A stretch of 64,000 bases of DNA from Synechococcus sp. (GCA_047284725.1 JBJBEO010000001.1:2456203-2520202), one strand, 5' to 3'; positions 22,727-34,273 are shown, numbered from the stretch's first letter. Notes: generated by a model not told the origin, from the sequence alone. Program-made: numbers and translations.

Positions 22727-23404
22727 CTACAGAACTGCCGCGAGGGCTAGAAGCACGAAGGCCACAGCCATCACCACAGCACTGAAGGTGCCCCCAAAAG
22801 TGCCTTTCAGGAGAGCCCGATCTCGTTGAATCTCCACCTCTGAAATTTGTTTCTCAGCAGCAGCTTCCATCTCAGGTAGTTGCTGCTTGAAAAGCTCCTG
22901 AGCGGCCTTGATTTTCTCTTCATCAGAGGCTCCAGCAACCAGCCGTCCAGCTTGAGCAAGTTGCTCACCCCATTGCAGAGCAAAAGCCTCATCCGTTGTT
23001 TGTTGGCGGGCTTCCTCAAGCTGCTTATTCACTTCAGCAATGGTCTCGTTGGCCTTGGTCTCAATGGCCTGATTACTGGCCACTGCCATTGGCACAACAG
23101 CGATCATGGCGACAGCCAGTAACGACGACAGGCCACAAACCACCCAACGGATCGGAGTCCGCGTCACTGTGGGTTGATCAAGACGGGAACCGATCAACAT
23201 CAACAAGAGACCCACCAGCCCCATCGGCGCCTGATCAACCAAACGGTCGATCAACACCTGCTGAAACGCGGAATCATTCCAGTCAGCTGCACCGAGAAAC
23301 ACCACCAACTGCAGCGCCAGCAGCACCACCAACGTGAGACCGAGCCAACGCAGCACAGGGGCCAAACGAAGCGATGACGATGAGCCCGAGGCTGACGAAG
23401 ACAC
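22727..23404 (-). CDS. HpsJ-like membrane protein (cyanobacterial)
   Basis: Three N-terminal TM helices with DRLVDQAPMGLVG, helical loop, C-terminal TM; start uncertain. Confidence 0.65.
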   Translation of the reverse strand: MSSSASGSSSSLRLAPVLRWLGLTLVVLLALQLVVFLGAADWNDSAFQQVLIDRLVDQAPMGLVGLLLMLIGSRLDQPTVTRTPIRWVVCGLSSLLAVAMIAVVPMAVASNQAIETKANETIAEVNKQLEEARQQTTDEAFALQWGEQLAQAGRLVAGASDEEKIKAAQELFKQQLPEMEAAAEKQISEVEIQRDRALLKGTFGGTFSAVVMAVAFVLLALAAVL

Positions 23405-23444
23405 GGCAAACTGCCAAAAGATGCCCAATTTTACGGTCAGTTCC

Positions 23445-24422
23445 GTGGAGCATCCAGAGGCTCAACAACAGCTCACCCAAGCGCTGAAACTGAAGGCGAA
23501 GGCCCAAGGATTCGACCCGGTGGGCGTCGCTCGGCTGCCCGGTAGCGCCAGGCTTCAGTGCCGCACAGCCGCGCTGGAACGCTGGCTGGAGGCAGGGCAT
23601 CAGGCGGAGATGCGCTGGATGGCCGCGCCCCGCCGCAAGGACGCGGCCCTACTGGTGGAGGGAGCCCGCAGCCTTCTGGCCGTTGGTCTGAATTACCACG
23701 TTGCCGTCACCCGACAGCCAAACCATTTAGCCATTGCCCGCTACGGCTGGGGCAGGGACTACCACCGAGTGGTGACGCAGCGCCTGAAACGACTTGGCCG
23801 CTGGCTCGAGGAACAGCGGCCCGGCAGCCACTGGCGCGCCTGCGTGGATGCTGACCCTTTGCTTGACAAGGCCTGGGCAGAGGAAGCTGGCCTGGGCTGG
23901 ATCGGCAAGCACAGCAACCTGATCCACCCGACGCGGGGCTCGTGGATGGTGATCGGTCATCTGATCACCACCGAAGAGCTCCAGCCAGACCCTCCCGCAG
24001 CAGCGCTGTGCGGACGCTGCACTCGCTGCATCGAAGCCTGCCCGACAGACGCGATTCGCGAACCATTCGTGGTGGATGCCCGTCGCTGCCTGGCCTTTCA
24101 CACGATCGAAAACAGGGAGGAGACCCTGCCACCTGCCATGGCAGCAGCCATGGGGCCTTGGGTCGCCGGTTGCGACATATGCCAGGACGTGTGTCCCTGG
24201 AATCAGGGACCTCTTCCCAGCAGTGACGATCCGGATCTGCAACCGCGGCCCTGGATGCTGGATTTGACTCCGGAGAAGGCCCTGGCCTGGGACGACGCCA
24301 CCTGGGCAGACAAATTGCGGGGATCGGCGCTTCGGCGGATCAAACCATGGATGTGGCGGCGGAATGCAGCAGCAGCAGACCCGAACAGTGCGCCTAGCCT
24401 GAGGCCAAAAGGATCGGAGTGA
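23445..24422 (+). CDS. queG: Epoxyqueuosine reductase
   Basis: IARYGWGRDYH, AGLGWIGK, CGRCTRCIEACPT, GCDICQDVCPWN; start 23421 or 23445. Confidence 0.93.
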   Translation: MEHPEAQQQLTQALKLKAKAQGFDPVGVARLPGSARLQCRTAALERWLEAGHQAEMRWMAAPRRKDAALLVEGARSLLAVGLNYHVAVTRQPNHLAIARYGWGRDYHRVVTQRLKRLGRWLEEQRPGSHWRACVDADPLLDKAWAEEAGLGWIGKHSNLIHPTRGSWMVIGHLITTEELQPDPPAAALCGRCTRCIEACPTDAIREPFVVDARRCLAFHTIENREETLPPAMAAAMGPWVAGCDICQDVCPWNQGPLPSSDDPDLQPRPWMLDLTPEKALAWDDATWADKLRGSALRRIKPWMWRRNAAAADPNSAPSLRPKGSE

Positions 24423-25300
24423 TGGAGAGACGTCGGCGTTCGTGGTGCACTGCCCTTCTGCTGTCGATAGCAACCACCGTGATCACGGTGCCGGCCCAGG
24501 CGTTCGTGCCCAACGTGTATGTACCCAGTGCCAAGGAGCTGGAAGGATCAGCCATCGGCATCGGTCGCACTGCAGCCCAGCTGCTCAGCCTTGGACAACC
24601 CGAGGAAGCCGCACGCCTGGCGTCCCTGGCCGTGCGGCTCCAGCCCAATGACGAACGCCTTTGGGCCGTGCTGGCCGAGGCCCAGCTGCGCAGCCAACAA
24701 CTCAAACCAGCAGCCAACTCCTTGGCCCGGGCCAAAAAACTTGATCCCGACAACGCCGGGCTCTGGTTTGCGGAAGCCTCCCTGGCCTTGCGGGACAGGC
24801 GCCCCGCCGATGCAATCCCCCTGCTTGATCGCGGACTCCAGCTCGATCCGAAGAATGCCAGTGCCTACTTCGATCTCGGCAACGCCCGGGTGATGCAGAG
24901 CCAGTTCAAGGCCGCCCTTGGTGCCTTCGAAAAAGCCACGGCTCTCAAGCCCACGTTCTGGGAAGCGCTCAACAACCAGTGCATCGTGTTGTTCGAGATG
25001 GGCAACACCAATGAAGCGATTCAACGCTGGCAGAGGGTGCTGGCGATCGAACGCAATGCCGAGCCGATGCTCGCCCTTGCCTCAGCTCTCAACACGCGCA
25101 ACCCAGGCGATGAAGACGCGCTCAACCTGGCGCGCCAAGCGCTGAAAAAAGACCCGAACTACGTGTTGCCGAGCCATCAGAAAGATCAGCTCTGGGGAGT
25201 GAAATTGCGGCTGGCTACCCGCAAACTGCTCGGCAATCCCGCTCTGAGAGAAGCCGTCGATCGGGCGGAGGCCAATGCCGATCAAAGCACCACTCCATAA
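24419..25300 (+). CDS. Secreted tetratricopeptide repeat protein
   Basis: Signal peptide ending AQA; repeated TPR motifs (LDPKNASAYFDLGNA). Confidence 0.85.
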   Translation: MMERRRRSWCTALLLSIATTVITVPAQAFVPNVYVPSAKELEGSAIGIGRTAAQLLSLGQPEEAARLASLAVRLQPNDERLWAVLAEAQLRSQQLKPAANSLARAKKLDPDNAGLWFAEASLALRDRRPADAIPLLDRGLQLDPKNASAYFDLGNARVMQSQFKAALGAFEKATALKPTFWEALNNQCIVLFEMGNTNEAIQRWQRVLAIERNAEPMLALASALNTRNPGDEDALNLARQALKKDPNYVLPSHQKDQLWGVKLRLATRKLLGNPALREAVDRAEANADQSTTP

Positions 25301-25371
25301 AGCAAGGGCTGGTCAAACCGAAAGAAATCTGTAGGCTGGCCCCCGTCTGCCCTCAGTAACTCCAGACGCGG

Positions 25372-27888
25372 ATGGCCGAGGAGCGCGTTCAACCGATCGC
25401 CCTGCATCAAGAGATGCAGCGCTCCTACCTCGAGTACGCGATGAGCGTGATCGTGGGACGAGCCCTTCCGGATGCCCGTGACGGCCTCAAACCCGTCCAG
25501 CGACGCATCCTTTATGCAATGCACGAACTGGGGCTGACCCCGGATCGTCCCTACAGAAAGTGCGCCCGTGTTGTGGGCGATGTTCTCGGCAAATATCACC
25601 CGCACGGCGACCAAGCCGTGTACGACGCTCTGGTGCGTCTTGTGCAGACCTTTTCGAGCCGCAACCCACTCCTCGACGGCCACGGCAACTTCGGCTCAGT
25701 CGACGATGATCCACCGGCAGCCATGCGTTACACCGAAACGCGTCTGGCACCGATCGCCCATCAGGGTCTGCTGGATGAAATCGGTGATGACACGGTCGAT
25801 TTCGCTCCCAATTTCGACGGCTCGCAGCAGGAACCGACGGTGCTGCCGGCACAACTGCCGTTTTTATTGCTGAATGGATGCACGGGCATCGCTGTGGGCA
25901 TGGCGACCAGCATTCCTCCCCACAACCTGGGGGAAGTGGTCGATGGTCTGATCGCTCTGGTACGCAAACCGGACCTCAGCGACGAAAAATTATTCAGCCT
26001 GATTCCAGGTCCCGATTTCCCAACCGGTGGCGAGGTTCTGCTGGGAACTGGAGTGCGCGACACCTATCTGCGCGGTCGCGGCAGCATTCCGATGCGGGGT
26101 GTCGCTCACATCGAAGAAATCCAACCAGGCAAAGGCCGCCACAAACGGGGTGCTGTGGTGATCACAGAACTTCCCTATCAGCTGAGCAAAGCGGGCTGGA
26201 TCGAAAAGCTGGCCGATCAAGTCAACGACGGCAAGATCGGCGGCATCGCCGATATCCGTGACGAAAGCGATCGCGAAGGCATGCGCGTGGTGGTGGAGCT
26301 GCGCCGGGATGCCGAACCTGAGAAGGTGCTGGCTGATCTCCAACGCCGCACATCCCTGCAGAGCAATTTCGGCGCCATTCTTCTGGCGCTGGTGGATGGT
26401 CAGCCCCAGCAGCTCTCCCTGCGGCAATTGCTGCAGACCTTCCTCGACTATCGGGAACTGACCCTGATTCGGCGCACCACCCATGCGTTGCGCAAGACCG
26501 AAGACCGGCTTGAGGTGGTGGAAGGTCTGATCAAAGCCCTGGATTCTCTCCAGCGCGTGATCACGATGATTCAGGAAGCCAGGGACGCTGCCTCAGCCCG
26601 AGCCAGTCTGATGGTGCACCTCGATCTGACCGAACGTCAGGCCGATGCAGTGCTGTCGATGCCGCTTCGCCGACTCACAGGCCTGGAGCAGGAAAGTCTG
26701 CGGTCTGAAGCCGATGACCTTCGCCGGGAACGGGAACGCCTTCAAATCCTGCTGCGGGAACGGGATCAGCTGCTCGACGCGATGGTGCACGAGCTGAAGC
26801 AACTGAAGAAGCGCTTCGCCACACCTCGCCGTACCCGCCTGATCGAGGGTGGCGACCACCTCCTTGCTGAAAAAGCAGCCAGCCAGCGCCCCAATGCCGA
26901 GCTGCAACGGCGTCAGGCCCTTGGAGCGTTGCCTGCTGAAGGTCGATTGCTGATTCAACGGGATGGTCAGGTGAAGGTGGTCAGTCCCCAGCTCCTGGGG
27001 CGTCTCCATCTCAACGAGGCTGTGGCCCTGGGGGATGAACCGTCGCCGGCACGCTTGATCCTGCCCATCAAACCAGCACCTCGCTTGCTGGCGGTCACCG
27101 CCTCCGGTCGGGTGGCCCTGGTGCGCTGGGAATTCGCAGGGCAACAACCGGGAAGCATCGAACGGTTTCTGCCATCGGCCCTGCAGGGGGATCCACTTGT
27201 GAGCCTGCTTCAGCTGCCGGAGAGCGATGACGCTCATGCCAACGGCCAACTCTCCCTTGGCCTGCTGAGCAGTGACGGCCGTTTCAAACGACTGCCCCTG
27301 CAGGACATGCAGGAGTTATCCGGGAGAGCCGCCACGATCGTCAAACTCAAAGACGGGGTTTCGCTGCTCAATGCCGTGATCTGTGAAGACAAAGGAACCG
27401 TCGCCCTGATCAGCGACATCGGCCGCGTTCTCTGTCTTCCCGTCAACGAAGCCGCTCTTCCACTGATGGGCAAACTCGCTCAGGGTCCGATGACGATGCG
27501 AGTCCTACCGGGAGAAACCCTGGTGGGAGCGATCAGCAACCCAGCCCACACTGGCGAGGATGGTGGAACAGGGAACGGCGACACCAACCGCGGCACCGTG
27601 CTGATCGGCAGCCGTAACGGTGCCCTCGTGAAGCTCGATCTGGCGAGCCTGAGGCTCTGCAGACGGGGCGATCTCGGAGACATGGCGCTCAACCTGGATG
27701 GCACCGGCAATGATCCCGATCGAGTGGTGACAGTCAGCGCAAGCGCTGAATTGGTGGGAGTGGTGAGCAGCAAAGGCCGCCATGGCCGGCTGCTGAGCAA
27801 CACCATCAGCAACGATCTCTCGCAACCAACCCAGGTGCCGCTCAAGGGTGATGAACACCTGAGCGAACTGATTCCTCTACTGAGCTGA
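25372..27888 (+). CDS. DNA gyrase/topoisomerase IV subunit A paralogue
   Basis: [23 protein letters not shown] catalytic Tyr, GPDFPTGG; divergent C-terminal domain. Confidence 0.93.
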   Translation: MAEERVQPIALHQEMQRSYLEYAMSVIVGRALPDARDGLKPVQRRILYAMHELGLTPDRPYRKCARVVGDVLGKYHPHGDQAVYDALVRLVQTFSSRNPLLDGHGNFGSVDDDPPAAMRYTETRLAPIAHQGLLDEIGDDTVDFAPNFDGSQQEPTVLPAQLPFLLLNGCTGIAVGMATSIPPHNLGEVVDGLIALVRKPDLSDEKLFSLIPGPDFPTGGEVLLGTGVRDTYLRGRGSIPMRGVAHIEEIQPGKGRHKRGAVVITELPYQLSKAGWIEKLADQVNDGKIGGIADIRDESDREGMRVVVELRRDAEPEKVLADLQRRTSLQSNFGAILLALVDGQPQQLSLRQLLQTFLDYRELTLIRRTTHALRKTEDRLEVVEGLIKALDSLQRVITMIQEARDAASARASLMVHLDLTERQADAVLSMPLRRLTGLEQESLRSEADDLRRERERLQILLRERDQLLDAMVHELKQLKKRFATPRRTRLIEGGDHLLAEKAASQRPNAELQRRQALGALPAEGRLLIQRDGQVKVVSPQLLGRLHLNEAVALGDEPSPARLILPIKPAPRLLAVTASGRVALVRWEFAGQQPGSIERFLPSALQGDPLVSLLQLPESDDAHANGQLSLGLLSSDGRFKRLPLQDMQELSGRAATIVKLKDGVSLLNAVICEDKGTVALISDIGRVLCLPVNEAALPLMGKLAQGPMTMRVLPGETLVGAISNPAHTGEDGGTGNGDTNRGTVLIGSRNGALVKLDLASLRLCRRGDLGDMALNLDGTGNDPDRVVTVSASAELVGVVSSKGRHGRLLSNTISNDLSQPTQVPLKGDEHLSELIPLLS

Positions 27889-27892
27889 TGCC

Positions 27893-29398
27893 TCAGCGCT
27901 GACCGGCAGCGACGCCTGAAGGCTCCAACATCAATTTGCTCGACCGCAGGGATTCATCCATCGGAATCGGATAGGCACCGTCAAAACAAGCTGTGCAGAA
28001 CTGGTCGGAGCTGGCTTGCGCAGCTTCCACCATGCCCTCTTTGCTCAGGTAGGCGAGGGTATCGACCTTGAGATGCTCCTCGATTTGCTTCACCGTCAGT
28101 CGGGCCGCAATCAACTGATCCTGGGTGTCGGTATCAATGCCGTAGAAGCAGGGATGGGTCACCGGCGGTGAGCTGATGCGCATGTGCACCTCAGTGGCAC
28201 CGGCATCGCGAAGAGCCTGCACCAGCTTGCGACTGGTGGTGCCACGCACGATCGAGTCATCGATGACCACCACGCGCTTGCCCGCCAACACATCCGGCAG
28301 TGGATTGAGCTTCACGCGGATGCCCGCCTCACGCATGGCCTGGGTGGGCTGAATGAAGGTGCGGCCCACATAGCGGTTCTTGATCAAACCATCAGCGAAG
28401 GTGATGCCGCTGGCCTGGGAGAAACCGATGGCTGCAGGAATACCGGAATCCGGCACACCGATCACCAGATCCGCCTCAACGCCGGATTCACGAGCCAGGA
28501 TCTGGCCGATGCGCTGGCGATAACTGTAGAGAGATTCTCCAAAGAAGCGGCTGTCAGGACGCGCGAAATAAATCATTTCGAACACGCACATGCGTGTTGT
28601 GGGATCAGCCCACTGCTCCCGCTCCGGCTTGGTCTCTCCCAATCGAAAGGTAATCAGCTCACCCGGCTGCACATCCCCTTCAAAGGAAGCTCCGATGATG
28701 TCGAGGCCGCAGGTTTCACTGCTCACGACCCAGTAACCCTGATCGGCCTCACCGAAACGACCAAACACCAAAGGGCGAATCCCAAAGCTGTCCCGCAGGG
28801 CATAGAGCTCCGTGGTAGTGCCAATCACCAGACTGAAGGCTCCACGGCAGAGGGTGGCGGCTTCCTTGAGGGCCGGCTTCCAATCCAGACCACGGTTGAC
28901 CGCCTGCTGAATCGCAAAAGCGATCAGCTCCGAATCCGTTGTGGATGTGAACTCAGTGTGCCCATCATCGAGCGTTTCGCGCAACTCAGCCGCATTGACA
29001 AGATTGCCGTTGTGGGCGAAAGCAAAAGGCCCAAGGCGCGTCATCAGCACCACGGGCTGGGCGTTGCAGGCCTTGCTGCTCCCGGTGGTGGAGTATCGAT
29101 TGTGGCCAATGGCCAGGTAGCCCGGCATGCGCGCCAACACGTCCTGGTCGAACACCTGGCTCACCAGACCCATGTCTTTGTGCAGACGCACCTTGCCCTG
29201 GTTGAAGACGGCGATGCCTGCGGACTCCTGACCACGGTGCTGCAGCGAATACAGGCCGAAGTAGGTGAGATTGGCAACGGGCTGACCTTCAGCCAACACG
29301 GCATACACACCGCAGGCCTCTTCCATCCGATCAGGGCGCTCTGCAATGGGCTGCTGCACAGGGCGCCTCGACTTCAGACTTCCTTCATGATTGCGCAT
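27893..29398 (-). CDS. purF: Amidophosphoribosyltransferase
   Basis: EEACGV, QHRGQESAG, HNRYST, VIDDSIVRGTTS, PCFYGID; true start may be GTG 29359. Confidence 0.96.
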   Translation of the reverse strand: MRNHEGSLKSRRPVQQPIAERPDRMEEACGVYAVLAEGQPVANLTYFGLYSLQHRGQESAGIAVFNQGKVRLHKDMGLVSQVFDQDVLARMPGYLAIGHNRYSTTGSSKACNAQPVVLMTRLGPFAFAHNGNLVNAAELRETLDDGHTEFTSTTDSELIAFAIQQAVNRGLDWKPALKEAATLCRGAFSLVIGTTTELYALRDSFGIRPLVFGRFGEADQGYWVVSSETCGLDIIGASFEGDVQPGELITFRLGETKPEREQWADPTTRMCVFEMIYFARPDSRFFGESLYSYRQRIGQILARESGVEADLVIGVPDSGIPAAIGFSQASGITFADGLIKNRYVGRTFIQPTQAMREAGIRVKLNPLPDVLAGKRVVVIDDSIVRGTTSRKLVQALRDAGATEVHMRISSPPVTHPCFYGIDTDTQDQLIAARLTVKQIEEHLKVDTLAYLSKEGMVEAAQASSDQFCTACFDGAYPIPMDESLRSSKLMLEPSGVAAGQR

Positions 29399-29415
29399 CG
29401 CGCTCCAGGGTCAGC

Positions 29416-31740
29416 TCACACCTCCTCAAGGCGTCGAGGCAACGCCTGCTCAAAGCTGGATGCCAGTGCATCGACGGCCACCGCCAAGCTGGTCTGACCG
29501 TCGATCACCACGTTGAGCTGGTGATGGTCAGCCACCGCGCCCAGGACTTGCACCGGCACTGCCGCTGAAGCCAACAGAGCCTCCCACTCAGCATGACGCT
29601 CAGCTTTCACCGACACGACGATGCGAGCGCCCCCTTCCGCGAACAGACGGCGCTCGACCCGTGCCGATGACGGCGGCAGGCTGATCTCAGCCCCCTGGCC
29701 GGACGCCAGACACGACTCCGCCAAGGCCACAGCCAGACCGCCATCGCTGCAGTCGTGGGCGGACGCCAACAGCCCCTGATCGATGGCCTGGCGCACCGTG
29801 GCTTGTACCCGGGCCTCAAGCGCCAGATCCACCCGTGGCGGCCGGCCGGTCAGGAGACCATGCAGAACCCCTTGATAGCTGCTGCCCGCCAGACCCACAC
29901 GATCGTCATCGGCCTGATCAGCGGACGCCCCCAGAAGCACAACAGCATCTCCGGCCTGGCGCCAAGCCAGACCGCACACGTTGTTGATGTCGGCCACCAT
30001 CCCCACCATGCCCACAACCGGCGTGGGGTGGATCGGCGTCAGGACACCGTCATCGCTTCGGGTCTCGTTGTAGAGAGAAACATTGCCTCCAGTCACAGGC
30101 GTGTTGAGGCCACGGCAAGCCTCAGAGAGACCACGGCAGGCAAGGGCGAGCTGCCAGTAACCGCGATCGGTCTCCGGGGATGCGAAATTGAGGTTGTCGG
30201 TGACCGCTAGAGGTTCAGCACCCACACAGCTGAGGTTGCGGGACGCTTCCGCCACAGCCGCCATCGCACCACGTTCCGGATCAAGGGCCACCCAACGGTT
30301 GGGGCAATCGACTGTTGCCGCCACCCCACGAACGGTGGACTGCAACGATGCAGTGCCTTGCTGGGAGCGCAACCGCACCACTGCAGCATCGGCGCCTCCG
30401 GCAGGAATCACAGTGTTAGCCAACACCTGCTGGTCGTACTGGCGATACACCCAACGCTTGCTGGCAATGGTGGGATCGTCGAGGAGCTTGAGAAGATCCT
30501 CACCCCAGTCATGGCCGGCGACAGCAGCAGGGAGATCGCTCTCCTGCCAGGTCCAGTGCTGCTGGATATCGGCAGGGGGTTCACTGATCAACGTGTGGTG
30601 ATTGATCGGGGTGTCTTCCGCCAGCGCCCGTGACGGCACTTCAGCTGCGACCTTGCCGTGCTGCAAGACCCGCACCACAGGCTCCTCAAGCACACGCCCA
30701 ACCACAGCGGCCTGCAGACCCCAGCGCCGGAACCGCTCCATCAAAGGCTCCTCACGACCTGCGCGCACAACAAACAGCATGCGCTCCTGGGATTCAGAGA
30801 GCAGGTACTCATACGCCGTCATGCCATGCTCGCGAGCTGGCACACGGTCAAGGTCGAGCTCGACGCCCACATCCCCCTTGGCAGCCATCTCAGAACAGCT
30901 GCAGGTGAGACCTGCAGCACCCATGTCTTGAGCAGCCACCACATCACCGCTCTGGAACGCCTCCAGACAGGCTTCGATCAATCCTTTCTCGAGGAAGGGA
31001 TCACCCACCTGCACCGCAGGTCGGTCATCCAGGGACGCAGCGCTGAGTTCAGCACTAGCAAAGCTGGCGCCACCCATGCCATCGCGGCCAGTGGTACTTC
31101 CCACATACACCACTGGATTGCCCACGCCCGAGGCACCGGATTTGACGATGTCATCCGTTTCCATCAGGCCAAGGGCCATGGCATTGACCAGGGGGTTGCC
31201 GCTGTAGGAGGCATCAAACGCCACCTCTCCGCCCACGGTGGGCACCCCAACGCAATTGCCGTAATGGGAGATGCCTGCCACCACACCCTCAACCAGTCCA
31301 CGGGTGGCAGGGTCCTCCAGGGGGCCGAAGCGAAGAGCATTGAGCAGGGCGATCGGACGGGCGCCCATGGTGAAGATGTCGCGCAGGATTCCTCCCACCC
31401 CCGTGGCCGCCCCCTGGAAGGGTTCCACAGCGGACGGATGGTTATGGCTCTCGATCTTGAACGCCAGGCGATGGCCTTCGCCCAGATCCACCACACCGGC
31501 ATTTTCACCGGGCCCGACAAGGATGCGCGGACCTTCGGTGGGAAATCCACTCAGCAACGGGCGTGAGTTGCGGTAGCAGCAATGCTCCGACCACATCACC
31601 CCAAACATGCCGAGCTCAGCTCGATTGGGATCGCGTCCCAGTCGACGCTGAATCTCCTTGTAGTCGTCGTCCGTCAGTCCCTCCTGGCGGAGAGCGTCGG
31701 CCACATCAAACGGCTGTGCCGATTCAAGGGACTGGGCCAC
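29416..31740 (-). CDS. purL: Phosphoribosylformylglycinamidine synthase subunit PurL
   Basis: [44 protein letters not shown]. Confidence 0.96.
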   Translation of the reverse strand: MAQSLESAQPFDVADALRQEGLTDDDYKEIQRRLGRDPNRAELGMFGVMWSEHCCYRNSRPLLSGFPTEGPRILVGPGENAGVVDLGEGHRLAFKIESHNHPSAVEPFQGAATGVGGILRDIFTMGARPIALLNALRFGPLEDPATRGLVEGVVAGISHYGNCVGVPTVGGEVAFDASYSGNPLVNAMALGLMETDDIVKSGASGVGNPVVYVGSTTGRDGMGGASFASAELSAASLDDRPAVQVGDPFLEKGLIEACLEAFQSGDVVAAQDMGAAGLTCSCSEMAAKGDVGVELDLDRVPAREHGMTAYEYLLSESQERMLFVVRAGREEPLMERFRRWGLQAAVVGRVLEEPVVRVLQHGKVAAEVPSRALAEDTPINHHTLISEPPADIQQHWTWQESDLPAAVAGHDWGEDLLKLLDDPTIASKRWVYRQYDQQVLANTVIPAGGADAAVVRLRSQQGTASLQSTVRGVAATVDCPNRWVALDPERGAMAAVAEASRNLSCVGAEPLAVTDNLNFASPETDRGYWQLALACRGLSEACRGLNTPVTGGNVSLYNETRSDDGVLTPIHPTPVVGMVGMVADINNVCGLAWRQAGDAVVLLGASADQADDDRVGLAGSSYQGVLHGLLTGRPPRVDLALEARVQATVRQAIDQGLLASAHDCSDGGLAVALAESCLASGQGAEISLPPSSARVERRLFAEGGARIVVSVKAERHAEWEALLASAAVPVQVLGAVADHHQLNVVIDGQTSLAVAVDALASSFEQALPRRLEEV

Positions 31741-31782
31741 GGAGAGCGAGAACAGCTTCTCCCAGTGTTGCCGACAGCGGTC

Positions 31783-32640
31783 TCAGACCCAGGGGTCGGG
31801 ATCGAAATCCTGCTGACCATCGAGATCACGCCTTGAAAACGTTTCACCACGGCTGGGGCGAGGCTCTGAACGCTCCAGCGGCTCTTGGTCCCATGCGGGC
31901 TCATCCCAGCCATCGAGAGGGTCATCCAAATCTTGAGGGTTTTGATCCAGGGGCTGCGTGTGGCGAGGCGGCTCATCCCAGTCGCGCTCAGGCTCCTGCC
32001 TGGGACCATCACCATCGACCCATCCGCCATCCCAGGGGGGCTCTTCCAACCAACCTTCCAGGCGCTCTCCAGCCCGATCCCCCATCTGCTGGATCTGATC
32101 GCGCCATCCCCGGGAACGACGCAGCAAGTCCTGGCGAACACTGGCGCGCGCCAGCGGCAGATCGTCGAGGGACGACAAAGCCGTGCTCACCAAACCAGGC
32201 TGCTGATCAACGATTCGATCCGGGGTGAGGCGCCAGCGGCTACTACCGGGCAAGCGAGGGTCGCTGCGTGACACCAGGTAATGAAGGATGGCACCGGTGG
32301 CTGGAACAAAGGCGAGATCAGCGATCTGGCCCAGTCGCTCACCATGGCGATCCACCAGGTCGGCCTCCATCAGGGTGGGCAAGCGATCGAGGGTGAGTGC
32401 ATCGGCTGCAGCCGGCGGACCTTTGGCAAACACCTCCTGATCCGACAGGCCGCGCCATTGATCCAAGCGCCACACATCCCTGCTGTTTCGTAAGGCCGAG
32501 GGACGACTGACCCAGCCCAGCAGACGGTGAACAGGAGGATGCATCCAGGCCATCACCCCAGGGCCATGGTCGAGTCCCTGATCGCAACGCACATGGTGGT
32601 GCAGCAGATCACTGAGCAGGATCTGATCCGGAAGCGCCAC
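31783..32640 (-). CDS. PRC-barrel-like protein with acidic D/W-rich tail
   Basis: Conserved picocyanobacterial gene downstream of dnaN; GERLGQIADL PRC-like strand, C-terminal DPWV. Confidence 0.7.
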   Translation of the reverse strand: MALPDQILLSDLLHHHVRCDQGLDHGPGVMAWMHPPVHRLLGWVSRPSALRNSRDVWRLDQWRGLSDQEVFAKGPPAAADALTLDRLPTLMEADLVDRHGERLGQIADLAFVPATGAILHYLVSRSDPRLPGSSRWRLTPDRIVDQQPGLVSTALSSLDDLPLARASVRQDLLRRSRGWRDQIQQMGDRAGERLEGWLEEPPWDGGWVDGDGPRQEPERDWDEPPRHTQPLDQNPQDLDDPLDGWDEPAWDQEPLERSEPRPSRGETFSRRDLDGQQDFDPDPWV

Positions 32641-32661
32641 GGTGTTCGTCGTTGAGGGGAA

Positions 32662-33837
32662 TCAGTTGCGAATCTGAACGGGCATCACCAGATAGGTGAA
32701 CCCAGTGCGATCATCCGCCGGCGTGATGATCGCCGGTGTGGTGGGAGCATTGCACCGCAGAGCGATTCGCTCTCCCTCCATGGCCTTCAATCCATCGAGG
32801 ACGTAACGCACATTGAAAGCGATCTGCACAGCATCACCATTGAGGCTGGCCGGCAATGATTCCGATCCGCTTCCCACATCCTGAGCATCAGCGCTGATCT
32901 GCAACAGTCCTGCTGTGGGATCAGTGCTGATCCTCACCACATTGTTGTGCTGATCCGCCAGGACCGCCACCCGCTCAAGGGCCGCCATGAAGGGCCGACG
33001 CTCCAGCTCAATCGTGCGTGAGAAGCCATCGGGAATGAGCTGTCGGTAATTGGGGTACGTGCCCTCCAAGGTCCGGCTGGTGACCATCTGATCAGCGGCG
33101 AGCACCACCACCTGGCCCCGGTCATAAAAAAGGGTGACGGGATCGTCCCCTTTCCAACCGGCAATCAGACGTTCGACCTCCCGCAACGAACGGGCTGGCA
33201 AGGTCACGGCCAAAACCCCGTCATCCTGAGCCATCGATTCACCGGCAGCAGCAGTGGTGGGATCGTCTTTCAACGCATCGGTGACCGCCAACACCGCCAG
33301 GCGGTGACCATCGGTGGAGGCCGCTTCGAGATTGCGCCCCTGAAAGCGAAGATGAACGCCTGTCAACAGCTGCTTGGCCTCATCGCCACTGCTGGCGAAT
33401 AACGTGCCGCGCAGAGCTTGAACCAGGGCCGTCGCATCCACCCGCAGAGCAGCACCGTTCTCCACCAAGGGAAGGTCTGGAAATTCATCAGCAGGCATCG
33501 CCCGCATCTGGTAGCTGCCGCTGAGGCTGGTGAGATCAACCTGTTCTCCGGCTTCATCCGTGGCCAGGGTGATCGGTGAATCCGCCGACAGGCGAGAGAC
33601 AATCTCGCCCAGCAACCGTGCAGGGAGCGTCACGGCACCACTGGCTTCAACCGATGCAGCCAAGGAGGTCTGGATGCCGAGGTTGAGATCAAATCCGGTG
33701 AGGCTGAGGCGACCGGTGCCGGCATCGGCCGTCAGCAGCACATTGGCCAGCACGGGATGGGTCGGGCGGGATGCCACCGCTCGGCTGACGAGCTGCAGGG
33801 CTGCGTTCAGCTCCGACTGGGAACAGACCAGTTTCAT
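32662..33837 (-). CDS. dnaN: DNA polymerase III beta sliding clamp
   Basis: MKLVCSQ start, HPVLANVLL, STDGHRL, LEGTYPNY, YLVMPVQ. Confidence 0.97.
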   Translation of the reverse strand: MKLVCSQSELNAALQLVSRAVASRPTHPVLANVLLTADAGTGRLSLTGFDLNLGIQTSLAASVEASGAVTLPARLLGEIVSRLSADSPITLATDEAGEQVDLTSLSGSYQMRAMPADEFPDLPLVENGAALRVDATALVQALRGTLFASSGDEAKQLLTGVHLRFQGRNLEAASTDGHRLAVLAVTDALKDDPTTAAAGESMAQDDGVLAVTLPARSLREVERLIAGWKGDDPVTLFYDRGQVVVLAADQMVTSRTLEGTYPNYRQLIPDGFSRTIELERRPFMAALERVAVLADQHNNVVRISTDPTAGLLQISADAQDVGSGSESLPASLNGDAVQIAFNVRYVLDGLKAMEGERIALRCNAPTTPAIITPADDRTGFTYLVMPVQIRN

Positions 33838-33859
33838 GGGGTCAACGTGCCGACCATGG

Positions 33860-34200
33860 GTCCTGAAGGCTCCCCACGGTTTCACAGGCTGGGGAGATGT
33901 GCAACGACCCAAGTCCGTTCCAGGCTCGGATCCGTCTAACGGGTTTGATGTTTTTTAAAACCAAACAAAACAGTCGTAGTCGGTGCTGGGGAAACCGTGG
34001 AAATCAACGCCAACCCCAGCACTGACACCAGGACTGACTTTCACAGGGTTGGGGATTGTCGTCTTGTCGATGCGGAGAAATGTTCTGATTTCACAGCTTC
34101 CACAGCCTGGGGGAAACTTTGCCCATGGTTGGCGGTGGGGTTGGCGGACGTTTTCCACCATCTGTTCCCCCTGTTGTACGAGGTCTTCCGCAGGCACTTT
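33860..34200. other. Replication origin oriC (degenerate DnaA boxes plus AT-rich unwinding element)
   Basis: dnaN-thrC intergenic; DnaA-box-like 9-mers at 33878, 33987(-), 33996(-), 34037, 34071(-), 34087, 34096, 34108(-), 34151; AT tract 33944-33970; strand composition appears to flip from C/A-rich to G/T-rich across this region. Confidence 0.8.
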
Positions 34201-34249
34201 GTCGGCTGGATGGCGGATGGAGGTTTGATTCAGGGGGTGTTGCGCCAAG

Positions 34250-34273
34250 AAAAAACCCCCGCTGAGCGGAGGT
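34250..34273 (-). terminator. Rho-independent terminator of thrC
   Basis: Minus strand ACCTCCGC-TCA-GCGGGGGT followed by a T-run, 25 bp past the thrC stop, shielding oriC. Confidence 0.75.

Noticed and set aside
28184..29497. Long antisense ORFs (e.g. 28184-29497, 34272-35588, 60151-61650, 61712-63052, 17111-18127)
   Set aside because: They mirror well-supported genes on the opposite strand, as expected in GC-rich DNA, and show no recognisable motifs.
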